Of a stretch of 64,000 bases of DNA, positions 38,785 through 49,308 are shown in pieces (position 1 is the stretch's first letter; the number at the start of each line of letters is the position of its first letter). Both the position numbers and the translations under genes were made by a program. The notes beneath the pieces were generated by a model. The model was not told the DNA's origin. It saw nothing but the letters and a program-made list of their open reading frames with translations, and did no database searches. Origin of the DNA: Roseibacillus sp. (lineage in GTDB: Bacteria > Verrucomicrobiota > Verrucomicrobiia > Verrucomicrobiales > Akkermansiaceae); contig JBPOGI010000004.1 in NCBI GenBank assembly GCA_051251855.1, forward strand, positions 128,001 through 192,000. The letters are read 5' to 3'.

Positions 38785-39132
38785 CTACTCCAACGGCCGA
38801 CACAGCACGAAAGGCGAAACAACCAATGCCTCGAACTGCGTCTTGCCCCCCTCCCATTGGAAGGCATGAATTGCCTCGATTTTCACAAGATCGCCCGACT
38901 TGAGCCACCCCTTCACCAAGGCAGAATCGTCCGACGCCATCGCCTCCCCGACCGCTACCAAATCCTGCGAAGGATCGACGAAGTAGAGGCTATCCCGCTC
39001 AAAGTGCGGCTTGAGATAACTCCAGTCCACCTCCCCCATGAACTTCGTCAACTTCTCACCATCGGTCGAATGGTCCTCGCCAATCATACCATACTTCATG
39101 GAGCCTTCTGGCTGCTCTTCACCTGAAATCAT
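38785..39132 (-). CDS. DUF2288 family protein
   Basis: 'VDWSYLKPHFERD.L..VD...DLVAVG.AMA.DD...V..WL..G', 'ALVVSPFVL'. The start may be the downstream Met (MKYGM). Confidence 0.8.
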   Translation of the reverse strand: MISGEEQPEGSMKYGMIGEDHSTDGEKLTKFMGEVDWSYLKPHFERDSLYFVDPSQDLVAVGEAMASDDSALVKGWLKSGDLVKIEAIHAFQWEGGKTQFEALVVSPFVLCRPLE

Positions 39133-39144
39133 TACCCCACCAAG

Positions 39145-39654
39145 CTACTGAGACTGCCCAAGGACACGCAACTCACAAATCCCCTTTGCGAGTGTTCCTC
39201 CCTTCACAATTCGACAACGTAGACCTCCCTTTCCTCGCAAAAACTCTTCCACCCCCGGCTTACAGGCTTCGTCCATCCAGTAGCATGGCTTTGCCTCTTC
39301 GCTCCCCGTGAACTCCAATTCTCCAATCGAGAAACGCTGCCCGATGAGCTCGTTCAAGTCCAACCCGCTCACCACCGCATTGCGCCGAAACGTGCTCACC
39401 TCCAACTCCGGCAAAGCAAACTTCTCACAAATCTCCTGCCAAACAGCCTCGTCGAAGAACGTGAGCTGTCCCTTATAGTCAGGCTTATAGTTAAAGTAGC
39501 GGTCTCCCACAATTCCACTTCCCGCCACCAGCTCCACCTCTTCCCTGTCCTCGATATCGTGCTCTCTTCTGCTCTCCCCATGCCTCCCCTTAAAATCATG
39601 GCCGGGCGAAACAAATAAGTTCTTCACCTCTAACGAATGGACGTCTGATTTCAT
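39145..39654 (-). CDS. MOSC domain protein
   Basis: GIVGDRY, FRRN.VV.G.DLN.L.G..F.IG, PC.WMD, G.GGLR.RI..GG; start at MKSDVH (39654). Confidence 0.85.
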   Translation of the reverse strand: MKSDVHSLEVKNLFVSPGHDFKGRHGESRREHDIEDREEVELVAGSGIVGDRYFNYKPDYKGQLTFFDEAVWQEICEKFALPELEVSTFRRNAVVSGLDLNELIGQRFSIGELEFTGSEEAKPCYWMDEACKPGVEEFLRGKGGLRCRIVKGGTLAKGICELRVLGQSQ

Positions 39655-39811
39655 AAAGACAACAAAGCCCAAAACGCTCTCTTTTGAACCCCTAATTTGC
39701 GCTCCTTTTTCTTCTTCTCGAATCTTCCCAATCTCTCCCACGACTCCTCAATCCTCCCTCCCCAGAGATTAAGAACTGACAAGCCCCCCATCATCATCGA
39801 TAAATACCCAA

Positions 39812-40789
39812 GTGTCGGCCATCCTTGTCCAAAATCTCTATCGCTACTTCGGCCAACTCAAGGCTGTCGATGGTATTTCATTCGAAGTTCCTCATGGATC
39901 TGTTTGTGGCTTCGTCGGAGCGAACGGCGCGGGAAAAACCACGACCATGCGGATTCTCGCCACCCTCGACTACCCCACGATGGGAACCGCCGAAGTTTGC
40001 GGCATCAACGTCGTTCACCACCCCGATAAAGTCCGCTCCCTCATTGGCTGGATGCCCGACCACTTCGGTAACTATGACAACATGACCGTGTTGGAGTACC
40101 TCGACTTCTACGCTCGCGCCCTCGGATTCAAAAACGACGAAAGACGCCACCGTATCCAAGAAGTGATGGAGTTCACCGACCTCGGGCCCCTCTCAGATCG
40201 CCTCTCTAACAAGCTTTCTAAGGGCCAAACCCAGCGCTTGGGCCTTGGTCGCGCCCTTCTTCACGACCCACAAATCCTCATCATGGACGAGCCCGCAGCT
40301 GGCTTGGATCCCAAAGCGCGCGTCGAGCTCAAGCACCTCATTCGAATTCTCGCTGAAGAGGGTAAAACCATTTTCATATCCTCACACATCCTAAGTGAAT
40401 TAGGAGAAATGTGCGACTCTCTCCTCTTTGTCAATGGAGGCCGAATCGTCCACCATGGCGACGCCGAATCTCTGAAAATGGGCTCCGACTCTACCGGAGG
40501 GGTCTTCTACGATGTTCAAGTCGCCAATCGGCCAGAAGTCGTTAACGATTGGGCAATTCTCAATCCTCAGGTCGAATTCATCGAATCTCGCAAACGAGGA
40601 GGCCGAATTCGCATTGCCTCTGCTGATGCAGAAAAAGCTGCCGAAGTCCTTCGCCGCATGGTCAAAGACGGTCTTCCCATTACCGAGTTTCATCGCGAGG
40701 AACGCAATCTAGAAGACGCATTTATCGACATTCTAAGCCGTATTGACGATGGAAAGACCGCCCTCGAACTTCCCGCTAGCAAAGATTAA
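39812..40789 (+). CDS. ABC-2 type transporter ATP-binding protein
   Basis: GANGAGKTT, LSKGQ, MDEPAAGLDP, ISSHIL. Confidence 0.93.
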   Translation: MSAILVQNLYRYFGQLKAVDGISFEVPHGSVCGFVGANGAGKTTTMRILATLDYPTMGTAEVCGINVVHHPDKVRSLIGWMPDHFGNYDNMTVLEYLDFYARALGFKNDERRHRIQEVMEFTDLGPLSDRLSNKLSKGQTQRLGLGRALLHDPQILIMDEPAAGLDPKARVELKHLIRILAEEGKTIFISSHILSELGEMCDSLLFVNGGRIVHHGDAESLKMGSDSTGGVFYDVQVANRPEVVNDWAILNPQVEFIESRKRGGRIRIASADAEKAAEVLRRMVKDGLPITEFHREERNLEDAFIDILSRIDDGKTALELPASKD

Positions 40790-40801
40790 CAAAATTCCTC
40801 C

Positions 40802-40827
40802 AAGAAAAAACGTCTTCAATCGTTTCT
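40802..40827 (+). promoter_or_regulatory. Candidate ECF-type promoter/operator motif AAGAAAA-N12-CGTTTCT, copy 1
   Basis: The same motif with identical spacing occurs upstream of the paralog at 42546-42571. Confidence 0.45.
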
Positions 40828-40909
40828 TCAGCAAGGAAAACACCCATCTTTGACAGCACTTGCTGCTTGTCAGACCCCGACTTAAATTCTTTCTTATTTG
40901 AATCCATTT

Positions 40910-42388
40910 ATGAGCCTTCACGCCCAATTGACCCCAGAAGCCGCTGAAAAGCTTCGCTCCCAAAAGCGAAACTCCACTTTAGCCAGTCTTCTCATCTCGA
41001 TCCTCACTATCGTCCTCGTCGGGATTATCTTGGTCATCATTACCATCGCCGGCATCAACTTGGAGCAACCAGATATCGTTACCTACAAGGCTTCTTCCGC
41101 CAACGATGAGTCCCTCGAAGTCAAAGAGATCAACCCCTCGATTCAACGCAAACCGTCCGCCCCCTCTTCCTCGATGGCGAAAGTGATTGCAGCGAACACA
41201 ACGAGCCCTACTGCGATTCCTGTTCCCGAAGTCGATATCCCGATTCCTTCCACCGACTTTGGAGATGGTGATGACTTTGGAGCAGGTTGGGGCACCGGAG
41301 GTGACGGCGGCGGTGGTGGCTTCGGCAACATCCCTGCGGAAATGCGCAAACGGTGTTCAAAGGCAGACCGTCTACAACGTCTTGCCGAAAATGGGGGCAC
41401 GGAAGCTTGTGAAGACGCAGTCCTCAAGGCTCTTCGTTGGATACAAAAGAGCCAAGTATCAGACGGAAGCTTTGGAGGTAAAAAGCCAGTTGCCACGACA
41501 GGATTGGCTCTTCTCGCCTTTTTGGGTCACTGCGAGACCCCCCTCTCAGAAGAATTTGGAGATACCGTGACTAAGGCTATGGTCTACCTCGTAGACAACA
41601 ACATGAAGCAGAAGGGAAAATCTGCCTCCGACCTTAAGGACAAGCACTGGTGTTACGAGCACGCCATCGCCATGTATGCCCTCTCCGAGTCCTACACCTT
41701 TTGTAAGCAACTCAATATCGAGCACGTAGTTCCACAACTGGGTGAGGCTGTCGAAAACGGGATGAACTGGATCATCGACAAACAGATTGGCAATACAGGC
41801 GGCTGGGAATACGACTACGACGTGGAAGCTAAGCGAGGTGGTGACTCGTCGATCGTTGCATGGCATATGCAGGCCTTAAAAGCGTCCAAAGCAACGGGAA
41901 TCAACCTTCCAAAACTCAGTCGTACTATTTCCAGCGGTCTAGACTTTTTGGACGAATGCCAAGATAGAAGTGGCGGATTTGGATACACTCGCAACAAGAA
42001 ACCGGTTGGCAGTTCAAATGGACACTACACCTTGACCGGCGCGGGGGCTCTTTGCTTCCAGCAGCACAAAGGAACCTCCAACTCCAAAGCCCGCAGCGGA
42101 GTCAAATACATCGACGAGAATGCGAAATTTAGCTACGCCGCTAATGACACCAATCTCTACGAGCATTACTATAATTCGCAAGCCATGATTAACCACGGCG
42201 GAGCCCAATGGGATAAATACAACAAACTCTTCCGCGACGAACTCCTCAAAGCTCAGAGAGAAGACGGTAGCTTCCCCAAAACAACGGGTCCCGGCTCACA
42301 AGGTGATGGCGTCTACTCAACAGCATTGGCCACTCTCATGCTCGAAGTCTACTACCGCTTCCTTCCAGGCACAGGAACAGCTCAATAA
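40910..42388 (+). CDS. Membrane-anchored prenyltransferase/squalene oxidase repeat protein, paralog 1
   Basis: N-terminal TM helix, Pro/Ser/Gly linker, 'ALRWIQKSQ.SDGSF', 'TGLALLAFLGH', 'YEHAIA.YAL.E', 'GGW.Y', 'TALATLMLEVYYRFLP'; start at MSLHAQL by analogy with the paralog. Confidence 0.85.
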   Translation: MSLHAQLTPEAAEKLRSQKRNSTLASLLISILTIVLVGIILVIITIAGINLEQPDIVTYKASSANDESLEVKEINPSIQRKPSAPSSSMAKVIAANTTSPTAIPVPEVDIPIPSTDFGDGDDFGAGWGTGGDGGGGGFGNIPAEMRKRCSKADRLQRLAENGGTEACEDAVLKALRWIQKSQVSDGSFGGKKPVATTGLALLAFLGHCETPLSEEFGDTVTKAMVYLVDNNMKQKGKSASDLKDKHWCYEHAIAMYALSESYTFCKQLNIEHVVPQLGEAVENGMNWIIDKQIGNTGGWEYDYDVEAKRGGDSSIVAWHMQALKASKATGINLPKLSRTISSGLDFLDECQDRSGGFGYTRNKKPVGSSNGHYTLTGAGALCFQQHKGTSNSKARSGVKYIDENAKFSYAANDTNLYEHYYNSQAMINHGGAQWDKYNKLFRDELLKAQREDGSFPKTTGPGSQGDGVYSTALATLMLEVYYRFLPGTGTAQ

Positions 42389-42410
42389 CTGTCCACCTTG
42401 CCCAATTTTC

Positions 42411-42437
42411 AAAAAGGCTCCTTCGGGAGCCTTTTTT
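42411..42437 (+). terminator. Rho-independent terminator
   Basis: AAAAAGGCTCC-TTCG-GGAGCCTTTTTT. Confidence 0.9.
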
Positions 42438-42545
42438 GTGCCCCCGTGGAGAGCTTGGCCAGAAAGAACCGCCACCTAAAAAGGATCGGCAACAGCGAAT
42501 CAAAATAGAACACACCAAAAAACCTAATAAATCAGAGAACACTCT

Positions 42546-42571
42546 AAGAAAACATTCGATGAAGCGTTTCT
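42546..42571 (+). promoter_or_regulatory. Candidate ECF-type promoter/operator motif AAGAAAA-N12-CGTTTCT, copy 2
   Basis: AAGAAAA-cattcgatgaag-CGTTTCT, 65 nt upstream of the ATG at 42637. Confidence 0.45.
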
Positions 42572-42636
42572 AGACTAGCGACCTAATTATCAACCGAGCA
42601 TCCGTCGCCCACAAGCTCACTTCCCTAGATTACGCA

Positions 42637-44091
42637 ATGAGCCTTCACGCACAATTGACACCCGATGCTGCCCGCATCCTCCGACAACAAAAGAGAAACT
42701 CAACCATCTGGAGTCTTCTCATCTCTCTTTTTACTATCTTTCTAGTATCTCTTATCTTGGCCTTTCTATTCGTCCAAGGACTCACCCTCAACGAGGGCCC
42801 CGGCTTCATCCTTCATCATCCACCCCAAATAGAAAAACCTTCTCTAAGTAACCCTGTCTGCCGTGCAATAAAGAGGAGACCCAGCGCACCCAGCCGCTCA
42901 ATGACTCGGGTACTCGTGAGCAATTCATTCAGCCCAACCAGCCTCCCCACCCCTGAAGTCACTCGGGAGACACCTTCGAGCGACTACGGCTCAGGCTCCG
43001 AAATCGGAGGAAGCTGGGGAAACAACGAAGGCAATTCCTTTTCAGCTATCCCCTTAGAAAGCCGAAAACGCTGCTCCAAGTCAGATCGACTTCAGCGCCT
43101 TGCCCAAAGCGGAGGTAACGAAGCCTGCGAAGACGCCGTCCTGAACGCACTCCGATGGCTTCAAAAGAAACAAAAACCAGATGGCTCATGGGGCACCCAG
43201 AAGCCCGTCGCGATGACCGGACTGACCCTCCTAGCCTATCTCGGTCATTGCGAAACACCCACCTCCCTCGAGTTCGGTGCCACCGTCACCGACGCCATGC
43301 TCTTCCTTACCAACAACAGTATGAAGCAAGGCGGCAAGTGCGCCACTGACCTCCAAGACAAACACTGGTGCTACGAACACGCTATCGCCGTCTACGCCCT
43401 CTCCGAGAGTTACCTCTTCAGCAAGAACTTACAAATTGCCCCTCAACTCAAGCAAGCGGTCGAATCGGGAATACACTGGATTCTTGATCACCAAACTGAT
43501 GCTGGTGGCTGGGACTATTCCTATGCCACCGATAAACGCCCCGGTGACTCCTCCATCGTGGCTTGGCATCTCCAAGCCCTTAAGGCCGCCAGCTCAACCG
43601 GAATCCCCTTCCCTAAACTTAAAGGCTCTATCAGAGAGGGACTTCATTTCTTGGAAGAGTGCCAAAATAGCAGCGGTGGTTTTGGATATGGACTCAACCA
43701 GAAGCCCGTCGGCAGCGCCAATGGCCATTTCACGCTCACTGGGGCCGGCACCCTCTGCTTCCAGCAACACAAAGGAATCTCCCACTCCAACGCCCGAAAA
43801 GGTATCAAATACCTCGCTGCCAACACCCACTTCGACCTCTCCACCAATCAAGCCAATCTCTACGAACACTACTATTGTAGCCAAGCGCTTATCAATCATG
43901 GCGGTTCAGAATGGCGGAGCTACAACGCTCTCGTGCGCGATCAACTTCTCGACCATCAGCGAGAAAACGGCAGCTGGGCCACTCAGAAAGCCCCCGGCTC
44001 CCACTCCGACCCAGTTTACGCCACCGCTCTAGCCACTCTCATGCTGGAAGTCTATTACCGCTATTTACCAGGGTCATCGGCGCAATTTTGA
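42637..44091 (+). CDS. Membrane-anchored prenyltransferase/squalene oxidase repeat protein, paralog 2 (tandem duplicate)
   Basis: Colinear with 40910-42388: MSLHAQLTP, RKRCSK.DRLQRLA, DKHWCYEHAIA, GDSSIVAWH.QALKA, TALATLMLEVYYRYLP. Confidence 0.85.
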   Translation: MSLHAQLTPDAARILRQQKRNSTIWSLLISLFTIFLVSLILAFLFVQGLTLNEGPGFILHHPPQIEKPSLSNPVCRAIKRRPSAPSRSMTRVLVSNSFSPTSLPTPEVTRETPSSDYGSGSEIGGSWGNNEGNSFSAIPLESRKRCSKSDRLQRLAQSGGNEACEDAVLNALRWLQKKQKPDGSWGTQKPVAMTGLTLLAYLGHCETPTSLEFGATVTDAMLFLTNNSMKQGGKCATDLQDKHWCYEHAIAVYALSESYLFSKNLQIAPQLKQAVESGIHWILDHQTDAGGWDYSYATDKRPGDSSIVAWHLQALKAASSTGIPFPKLKGSIREGLHFLEECQNSSGGFGYGLNQKPVGSANGHFTLTGAGTLCFQQHKGISHSNARKGIKYLAANTHFDLSTNQANLYEHYYCSQALINHGGSEWRSYNALVRDQLLDHQRENGSWATQKAPGSHSDPVYATALATLMLEVYYRYLPGSSAQF

Positions 44092-44096
44092 ATTAA

Positions 44097-45119
44097 CTAG
44101 AAATCCCGCCGCACAAAAATCCATCCTCCCAGACCGAGCATCACCACTTGAAAAAGAGCCGAAGGGAGCAGAATTTCAGTCAATGACATCCTCTCCTGAG
44201 ATTCAGCCTGCGCATCCTTGATGAGCCCCTCGGGTGAAACCCCGCTCATCAAGTCCATCATGCTGACCCCTGCCAGAGGCCCCAGCTCTTCATCAAAGAC
44301 GAGAAGACGCCCCAATAATAGAGTCGACTTACGGGGTTTCGGTAGCACCCAAGTCGCTTTTCGGAATCCATTATAAAAAGCCATCAGACTCGGGTCCACC
44401 TCCTGAGCCTCATCGTGGTAGATAGTTTCCCCCGTCTTAAAGTCGATTTCCAATCCCGCTTTTGCAGGCATCACTCCCACATCGTAAATCAAACTCTCGG
44501 AGATATGGAGCAAGAAACTCACCCCCCAGAACAGCATGGTCGCCAAAAGAGCAAACAGTGTAGATTTGGTCCACACCCCAATCATCACTGCCAACGAGTA
44601 TAAAAGACTAAAGACGAAGGTCAGTAAGGGAACTGCGTAAAAAATCTCGAATTTCCATACCCCCACTCGCAGTCCCATCGCTAGGAACACAATGAGGCAA
44701 AACAGGCTCAGCGGCACCGCCATGAAGCCTAACATCCCAAGATACTTAACTGCGAAAATTTTCCAGCGCGAAACGGGCTTTGAAAGAACCGTCTCAATAG
44801 AGCCCTCCTTCATCAATTCGGGGAAAACCGAGCAACTGGTCACCAAGGCCAAAAGCACTGCCAAGAACCCCAGCCAATGAGGGGTGATGAAACTCGTGAA
44901 TATCAGAAGATAAAAAATCTTAGAAAAATCAGACCCTTTCACCACCAAATCATTGGGAACCGTTTTAAGGCCAAACAATATCGAGAACCCCTCGTCATTG
45001 AATCCAATCGACGCGTAGAGGAATCCCACCAACAGTGAAATCACGAGCACGATCCAGAAGAGCTTTCGGGCGCGCAGGAGCTTGAGAGAGTCTCCTAGAA
45101 TGGTCAGTGTTTCTCTCAT
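44097..45119 (-). CDS. ABC-2 transporter permease
   Basis: Multiple TM helices, 'EGSIE.VLSKPVSR..IF..KYLG', C-terminal 'FVRRDF'; 4-nt overlap with the ATPase gene. Confidence 0.88.
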   Translation of the reverse strand: MRETLTILGDSLKLLRARKLFWIVLVISLLVGFLYASIGFNDEGFSILFGLKTVPNDLVVKGSDFSKIFYLLIFTSFITPHWLGFLAVLLALVTSCSVFPELMKEGSIETVLSKPVSRWKIFAVKYLGMLGFMAVPLSLFCLIVFLAMGLRVGVWKFEIFYAVPLLTFVFSLLYSLAVMIGVWTKSTLFALLATMLFWGVSFLLHISESLIYDVGVMPAKAGLEIDFKTGETIYHDEAQEVDPSLMAFYNGFRKATWVLPKPRKSTLLLGRLLVFDEELGPLAGVSMMDLMSGVSPEGLIKDAQAESQERMSLTEILLPSALFQVVMLGLGGWIFVRRDF

Positions 45120-46075
45120 TTTATGGCAGGTGGTTGGGCGGTTTCTGGCAACTTGGGAGCAGCTCCCGGGGTATCGGTTCCGACGGTCTCCAAGAAAAGT
45201 TCTTCCAAGCTTGTTGCCTTGCGCGTCAAACCTTCGATGATCACTCCTCCTTGCCGTAACTGGTCGAGCAGGGGCATCACTTCTTTAACATCTCCGGTAT
45301 TCACCACCAGTTCGCCGGCCTCCCAGCGGGTAGTCGGACCCATGAGGGCGTTCTTGAGAGCGTCTTCAACCTTGCCACAAGAGATACGATACTCCACTCG
45401 GCGTCCCGTGAGGTCCTCAAGGTTCCCCTCTAACCTAATCTCTCCTTTGGAAAGAATGGCCACGCGATCGCAAACCATCTCCAATTCACCCAGCAGGTGA
45501 CTATTCACGAAAACCGTTTTCCCCTCCTCGCGAAGCTCTTCTAACAGTAATCGAATATCCCTCCGTCCCGCCGGGTCCACCCCATCCGTTGGCTCATCCA
45601 AAAAGATGACCTCCGGATCGTTAATCAAAGCCTGCGCAATTCCCACCCGCTGCTTCATACCTTTTGAGAAACTTCCCACTTTTTTCCCCTGCCAGTCGCC
45701 AAGACCAACCCTCTCTAACAAAGTAACCGATCTTGCCTTGGTGACTGCCGGATCCATACCGCAAAGCCCCGCCGCCATGTGAACGACTTCACGCGCTGTG
45801 AGATACTCCGGAAAGCGCGCATGCTCGGGAAGGTATCCCACTCGCTTCAACGTTTTCTTGTGACCGACCGGCTTGCCGAGAAAAGTTCCTTCACATGCAG
45901 AAGGCCGAATGATGGTGGTGAGAATTTTGACCAAAGTACTTTTGCCCGCTCCATTGGGTCCCAATAGACCAAAAACCGATCCCTTAGGAACCTGTAGATC
46001 AACTCCACGCAAAGCCTCAACGCCTCCGCGATAAGTCTTTCTTACCCCCTTCAAGTCCAAAACCCACTCACTCAC
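45116..46075 (-). CDS. ABC transporter ATP-binding protein
   Basis: GPNGAGKST, FSKGMKQR, LDEPTDGVDP, NSHLL. Confidence 0.93.
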   Translation of the reverse strand: MSEWVLDLKGVRKTYRGGVEALRGVDLQVPKGSVFGLLGPNGAGKSTLVKILTTIIRPSACEGTFLGKPVGHKKTLKRVGYLPEHARFPEYLTAREVVHMAAGLCGMDPAVTKARSVTLLERVGLGDWQGKKVGSFSKGMKQRVGIAQALINDPEVIFLDEPTDGVDPAGRRDIRLLLEELREEGKTVFVNSHLLGELEMVCDRVAILSKGEIRLEGNLEDLTGRRVEYRISCGKVEDALKNALMGPTTRWEAGELVVNTGDVKEVMPLLDQLRQGGVIIEGLTRKATSLEELFLETVGTDTPGAAPKLPETAQPPAIK

Positions 46076-46107
46076 GACTTCCTATATGGAGAAAGTTGAG
46101 CCCTTCG

Positions 46108-46998
46108 TCAATTTTTGAACCAGAACCAGAAAATGGGCAAAGGAAGCAAAAGAGCGACATCAGCCAATACCCGCAAGAGACGGGCCGAAAGCTGAGCTCG
46201 AAAATGGTCCAACATCAACAAGGCTGCCGAAGCTACCAGCATCGCGTAGTAAAACGGCTTCTGATATTCGTGCCAAAAGGTAGCAGCCAAAAGAGCAGTG
46301 AAACCAATAATGAGAAGTGGGAGCGTCAGCAAAAAATCTCTCAAAGGAAGATCCTCGCCCAGCTTTTCTTCCCTCTCCCAAAGATCGATTGCGTTAAGAT
46401 TCATCAAACACAGAAAGGCAAAGCCCACAGCCTCGTAGGAGAACACCATCCCAAAAACCCCTTCGAAGGTATAAAAATGTGCCCCTATCGCGGTGCCAAA
46501 CGCGAACGTCAACGCAGCCAAGAAGTTTTTGAACAAAGCGGAGTCCATTCCAGCTCCCTGCCGGTGCCCCACAACAAAGAAACTCGCCGCCAAAAAGACC
46601 ACGAGAGCGCCGTGAGTAATGATGGCATTCGCAAAAGCCTCCAGACTCAGAGGATAACCTCGCGGCCAGTCCCAGACGATGGCTGGAGGCACTCCCAAGA
46701 AGAAACCGACCATACAGCCCAAGAACACCAGACCAGCGAGGGTCGTGAAGATACGGCGATATTTCCAAAGGAACTGATGGCGATCGCGCAGCTCGGAATC
46801 GCCATTCTCCACATCTCGAATCCGATCCAAGACATAGATCACCCAAACCATCCCTCCCAGAATCCAGTAGACAGCAGGATCCTGATACTTGACGTAGTAG
46901 AGACGGGAAAACATCCAGAGCCACGCGACCGCAACCAGCGGGGCATCAAGGCTCAGCAGGTTTGGCCATTGCCACCAAGGTGTCCGGCTCTTCTCCAC
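46108..46998 (-). CDS. Multi-pass membrane protein, distant UbiA-prenyltransferase-like
   Basis: About 8 TM helices, 'W.IY..DR..D......RH.F', 'LLSLDAP.VAV.W', 'LADVAL'. Confidence 0.6.
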   Translation of the reverse strand: MEKSRTPWWQWPNLLSLDAPLVAVAWLWMFSRLYYVKYQDPAVYWILGGMVWVIYVLDRIRDVENGDSELRDRHQFLWKYRRIFTTLAGLVFLGCMVGFFLGVPPAIVWDWPRGYPLSLEAFANAIITHGALVVFLAASFFVVGHRQGAGMDSALFKNFLAALTFAFGTAIGAHFYTFEGVFGMVFSYEAVGFAFLCLMNLNAIDLWEREEKLGEDLPLRDFLLTLPLLIIGFTALLAATFWHEYQKPFYYAMLVASAALLMLDHFRAQLSARLLRVLADVALLLPLPIFWFWFKN

Positions 46999-47050
46999 GA
47001 GGGAGGAGATGTATCAGAACGGGAACAAACTCAAGCGCGGAGTATGGCCG

Positions 47051-48217
47051 CTAGGCCTCCAACTTTGTCCACGCTGCGTTACTGGCACTCGAACCAACCA
47101 CCGCTTCAATGAAGGCCATTCCTCGGATTCCATCGTCGATGCGAGGGTAGTCGAGGGCGATTTCGTCAGCCTCGGTGCCATCTTCCACCGCTCGGATGTG
47201 ATTCGCAAAGTTGCGGTAAACGTTCGCAAAGGCTTCTAAATAACCCTCTGGGTGCCCTGCAGGAGTCCGGCAATTTGCGGTGGCAGCCGCTCCAAGATAT
47301 CCCTGCCCGGCACGCCAAATCTCGGTAGGTTTGTCTATGCGGTGCACTTGCAGCGTATTGGGCTCAATCTGATGCCACTCCAAGCCGCCGCTCTCTCCAT
47401 AGACACAAATCTTAAGATTATTTTCGCAACCGACGGAAATCTGAGAAGCATGAAGCACCCCTTTGGCTCCGTTCTCGAAGCGCAGCAAAACATTGCCATC
47501 ATCATCTAACAAACGGCCATCGACAAAGCTGGTCAAATCAGCCGCGAGTTCGGAAATCGTCAGTCCTGAAATATACTCGGCCAAATTCTCTGCATGAGTG
47601 CCGATATCGCCCATGCAGCCGGCAGCTCCGGAGCGCTTGGGGTCCGTGCGCCACTCAGCCTGCTTGGCGCCGTCTGCTTCCAAGCGGGTTGCAAGCCATC
47701 CCTGGGGGTACTCCACCACCACTTTCCGAATCGCTCCAAACTCACCAGCCTGCACCATTTCGCGGGCCTGCTTGACCATGGGATACCCAGGATAATTGTG
47801 GGTGAGACAGTAGAGCTTGCCACTCGCCTCAATGATTCCTTTCAGCTCCTTTGCTTGCGCTAAATCGAGAGTGGCAGGCTTATCGGAGAGAACGTGAAAA
47901 CCCGCTTCCAAAGCAGCCTTCGCGGCCGGAAAATGCATGTGGTTAGGAGTAACAATGGCGACAAAATCCATCCGCTCGCCAACAGGCAAAGCTGCTTCTT
48001 TTTCCATCATCTCCTCAAGGGTTCCGTAGCAACGCTCTTCAGGAAGAAGGAAGTCTTTCCCAGAGGCCTTCGACTTTTCAGGGGTCGAACTAAACGCCCC
48101 ACACACCAACTCCACCTGCTGATCGATGGCAGCAGCAATACGATGAACTCCACCGATAAAGGCATCACGTCCTCCACCAATCATTCCCATCCGAACTTTT
48201 CTCTCACTCAAAGACAT
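47051..48217 (-). CDS. Gfo/Idh/MocA family NAD(P)-dependent oxidoreductase
   Basis: [53 protein letters not shown]. Confidence 0.92.
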   Translation of the reverse strand: MSLSERKVRMGMIGGGRDAFIGGVHRIAAAIDQQVELVCGAFSSTPEKSKASGKDFLLPEERCYGTLEEMMEKEAALPVGERMDFVAIVTPNHMHFPAAKAALEAGFHVLSDKPATLDLAQAKELKGIIEASGKLYCLTHNYPGYPMVKQAREMVQAGEFGAIRKVVVEYPQGWLATRLEADGAKQAEWRTDPKRSGAAGCMGDIGTHAENLAEYISGLTISELAADLTSFVDGRLLDDDGNVLLRFENGAKGVLHASQISVGCENNLKICVYGESGGLEWHQIEPNTLQVHRIDKPTEIWRAGQGYLGAAATANCRTPAGHPEGYLEAFANVYRNFANHIRAVEDGTEADEIALDYPRIDDGIRGMAFIEAVVGSSASNAAWTKLEA

Positions 48218-48231
48218 CTCTTAAAAATCGA

Positions 48232-49284
48232 TTATTGGTTTTCTTTATCGAAAGCGGAATCAAACACCACATCGCTAGGAGCGAAGTCGAGTTGACGAGT
48301 AAACTGACAACTCTCCGTGGCTCCATGGATACGGTCCATGCGCCCATCTTCCCACTCAATGGAAAGAGGACCTGAGTAGGCAATATCATTCAGCGCCACG
48401 ATAATTTCCTCAAAGTCAGTGTCGCCACGGCCCACACTGCGAAAGTCCCAGTAACGACTCGGATTAGTGAAATCGGTATGCCCACCGAAGACCCCTACCG
48501 TGCCATCCCCGTGTCCCCACCAAGCATCCTTCATATGGACGTGGAAAATACGGTCAGAGAACTCACGGATAAACCGCACGTAGTCCACGCCCTGATAGCC
48601 CAAGTGACTCGGGTCATAGTTGAAACCGAAACGCTTGTGCCCATTCAGCGCAGTCAAGGCCCGAGCTGCCGAAGCAATATCAAAGGCAATTTCGGTCGGG
48701 TGAACCTCCAAGCCGAAGTAGACATCCACCTCTTCAAAGGCATCCAAAATTGGGGTCCATCTGTCCGCAAAATCTTGGAAACCCTTATCCAAATACGCCT
48801 GATCCGTCGGAGGAAAAGCATACAAAGCGTGCCAAATACTTGAGCCCGTAAAACCATTCACCACCACATTGCCAGAGCCGACAGGCTTATCCGCCATGTA
48901 GCTTTTACCCGCATCAATGAACTTACGAGCGGCCTTACCGGTATCGATCATCTCTTGCGCTGCACGCTGACGCACGCCTTCGGGATCGCCATCTCCCCAA
49001 ACATCGGGCGACAGAATGGCTTTGTGACGCTCATCAATCAAATCGCAGACCGCTTGGCCCACCAAGTGATTAGAAACCGAGTAGCAAATCAAATCATTGG
49101 CCGCGAGCAGGTCCCAAAGACTCTCGACATACCCCTCCTCATTAAGAGCCCTCTGAACCTCAAAGTGGTCGCCCCAACAGGCAAGTTCCACTCCATCATA
49201 GCCCATATCACGGACTTTCGGGAGGAGTTCAGCGATCGGAAGGTCAGCCCATTGGCCGGTGAAAAGAGTAACAGGTCTTGGCAT
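48232..49284 (-). CDS. Sugar phosphate isomerase/epimerase (xylose-isomerase-like TIM barrel, AP_endonuc_2)
   Basis: [48 protein letters not shown]. Confidence 0.9.
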   Translation of the reverse strand: MPRPVTLFTGQWADLPIAELLPKVRDMGYDGVELACWGDHFEVQRALNEEGYVESLWDLLAANDLICYSVSNHLVGQAVCDLIDERHKAILSPDVWGDGDPEGVRQRAAQEMIDTGKAARKFIDAGKSYMADKPVGSGNVVVNGFTGSSIWHALYAFPPTDQAYLDKGFQDFADRWTPILDAFEEVDVYFGLEVHPTEIAFDIASAARALTALNGHKRFGFNYDPSHLGYQGVDYVRFIREFSDRIFHVHMKDAWWGHGDGTVGVFGGHTDFTNPSRYWDFRSVGRGDTDFEEIIVALNDIAYSGPLSIEWEDGRMDRIHGATESCQFTRQLDFAPSDVVFDSAFDKENQ

Positions 49285-49308
49285 GGTGAATAAAAGAGTT
49301 GTGTGAGT

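Noticed and set aside
38774..38850. GACTGAC (38774-38780) and CAAGACGCAG (near 38836-38845) on the minus strand as the possible 5' half of a third full attC
   Set aside because: There is no convincing pairing with the core end at 38648-38670, and the second motif lies inside the DUF2288 coding sequence. Only the core end is reported.
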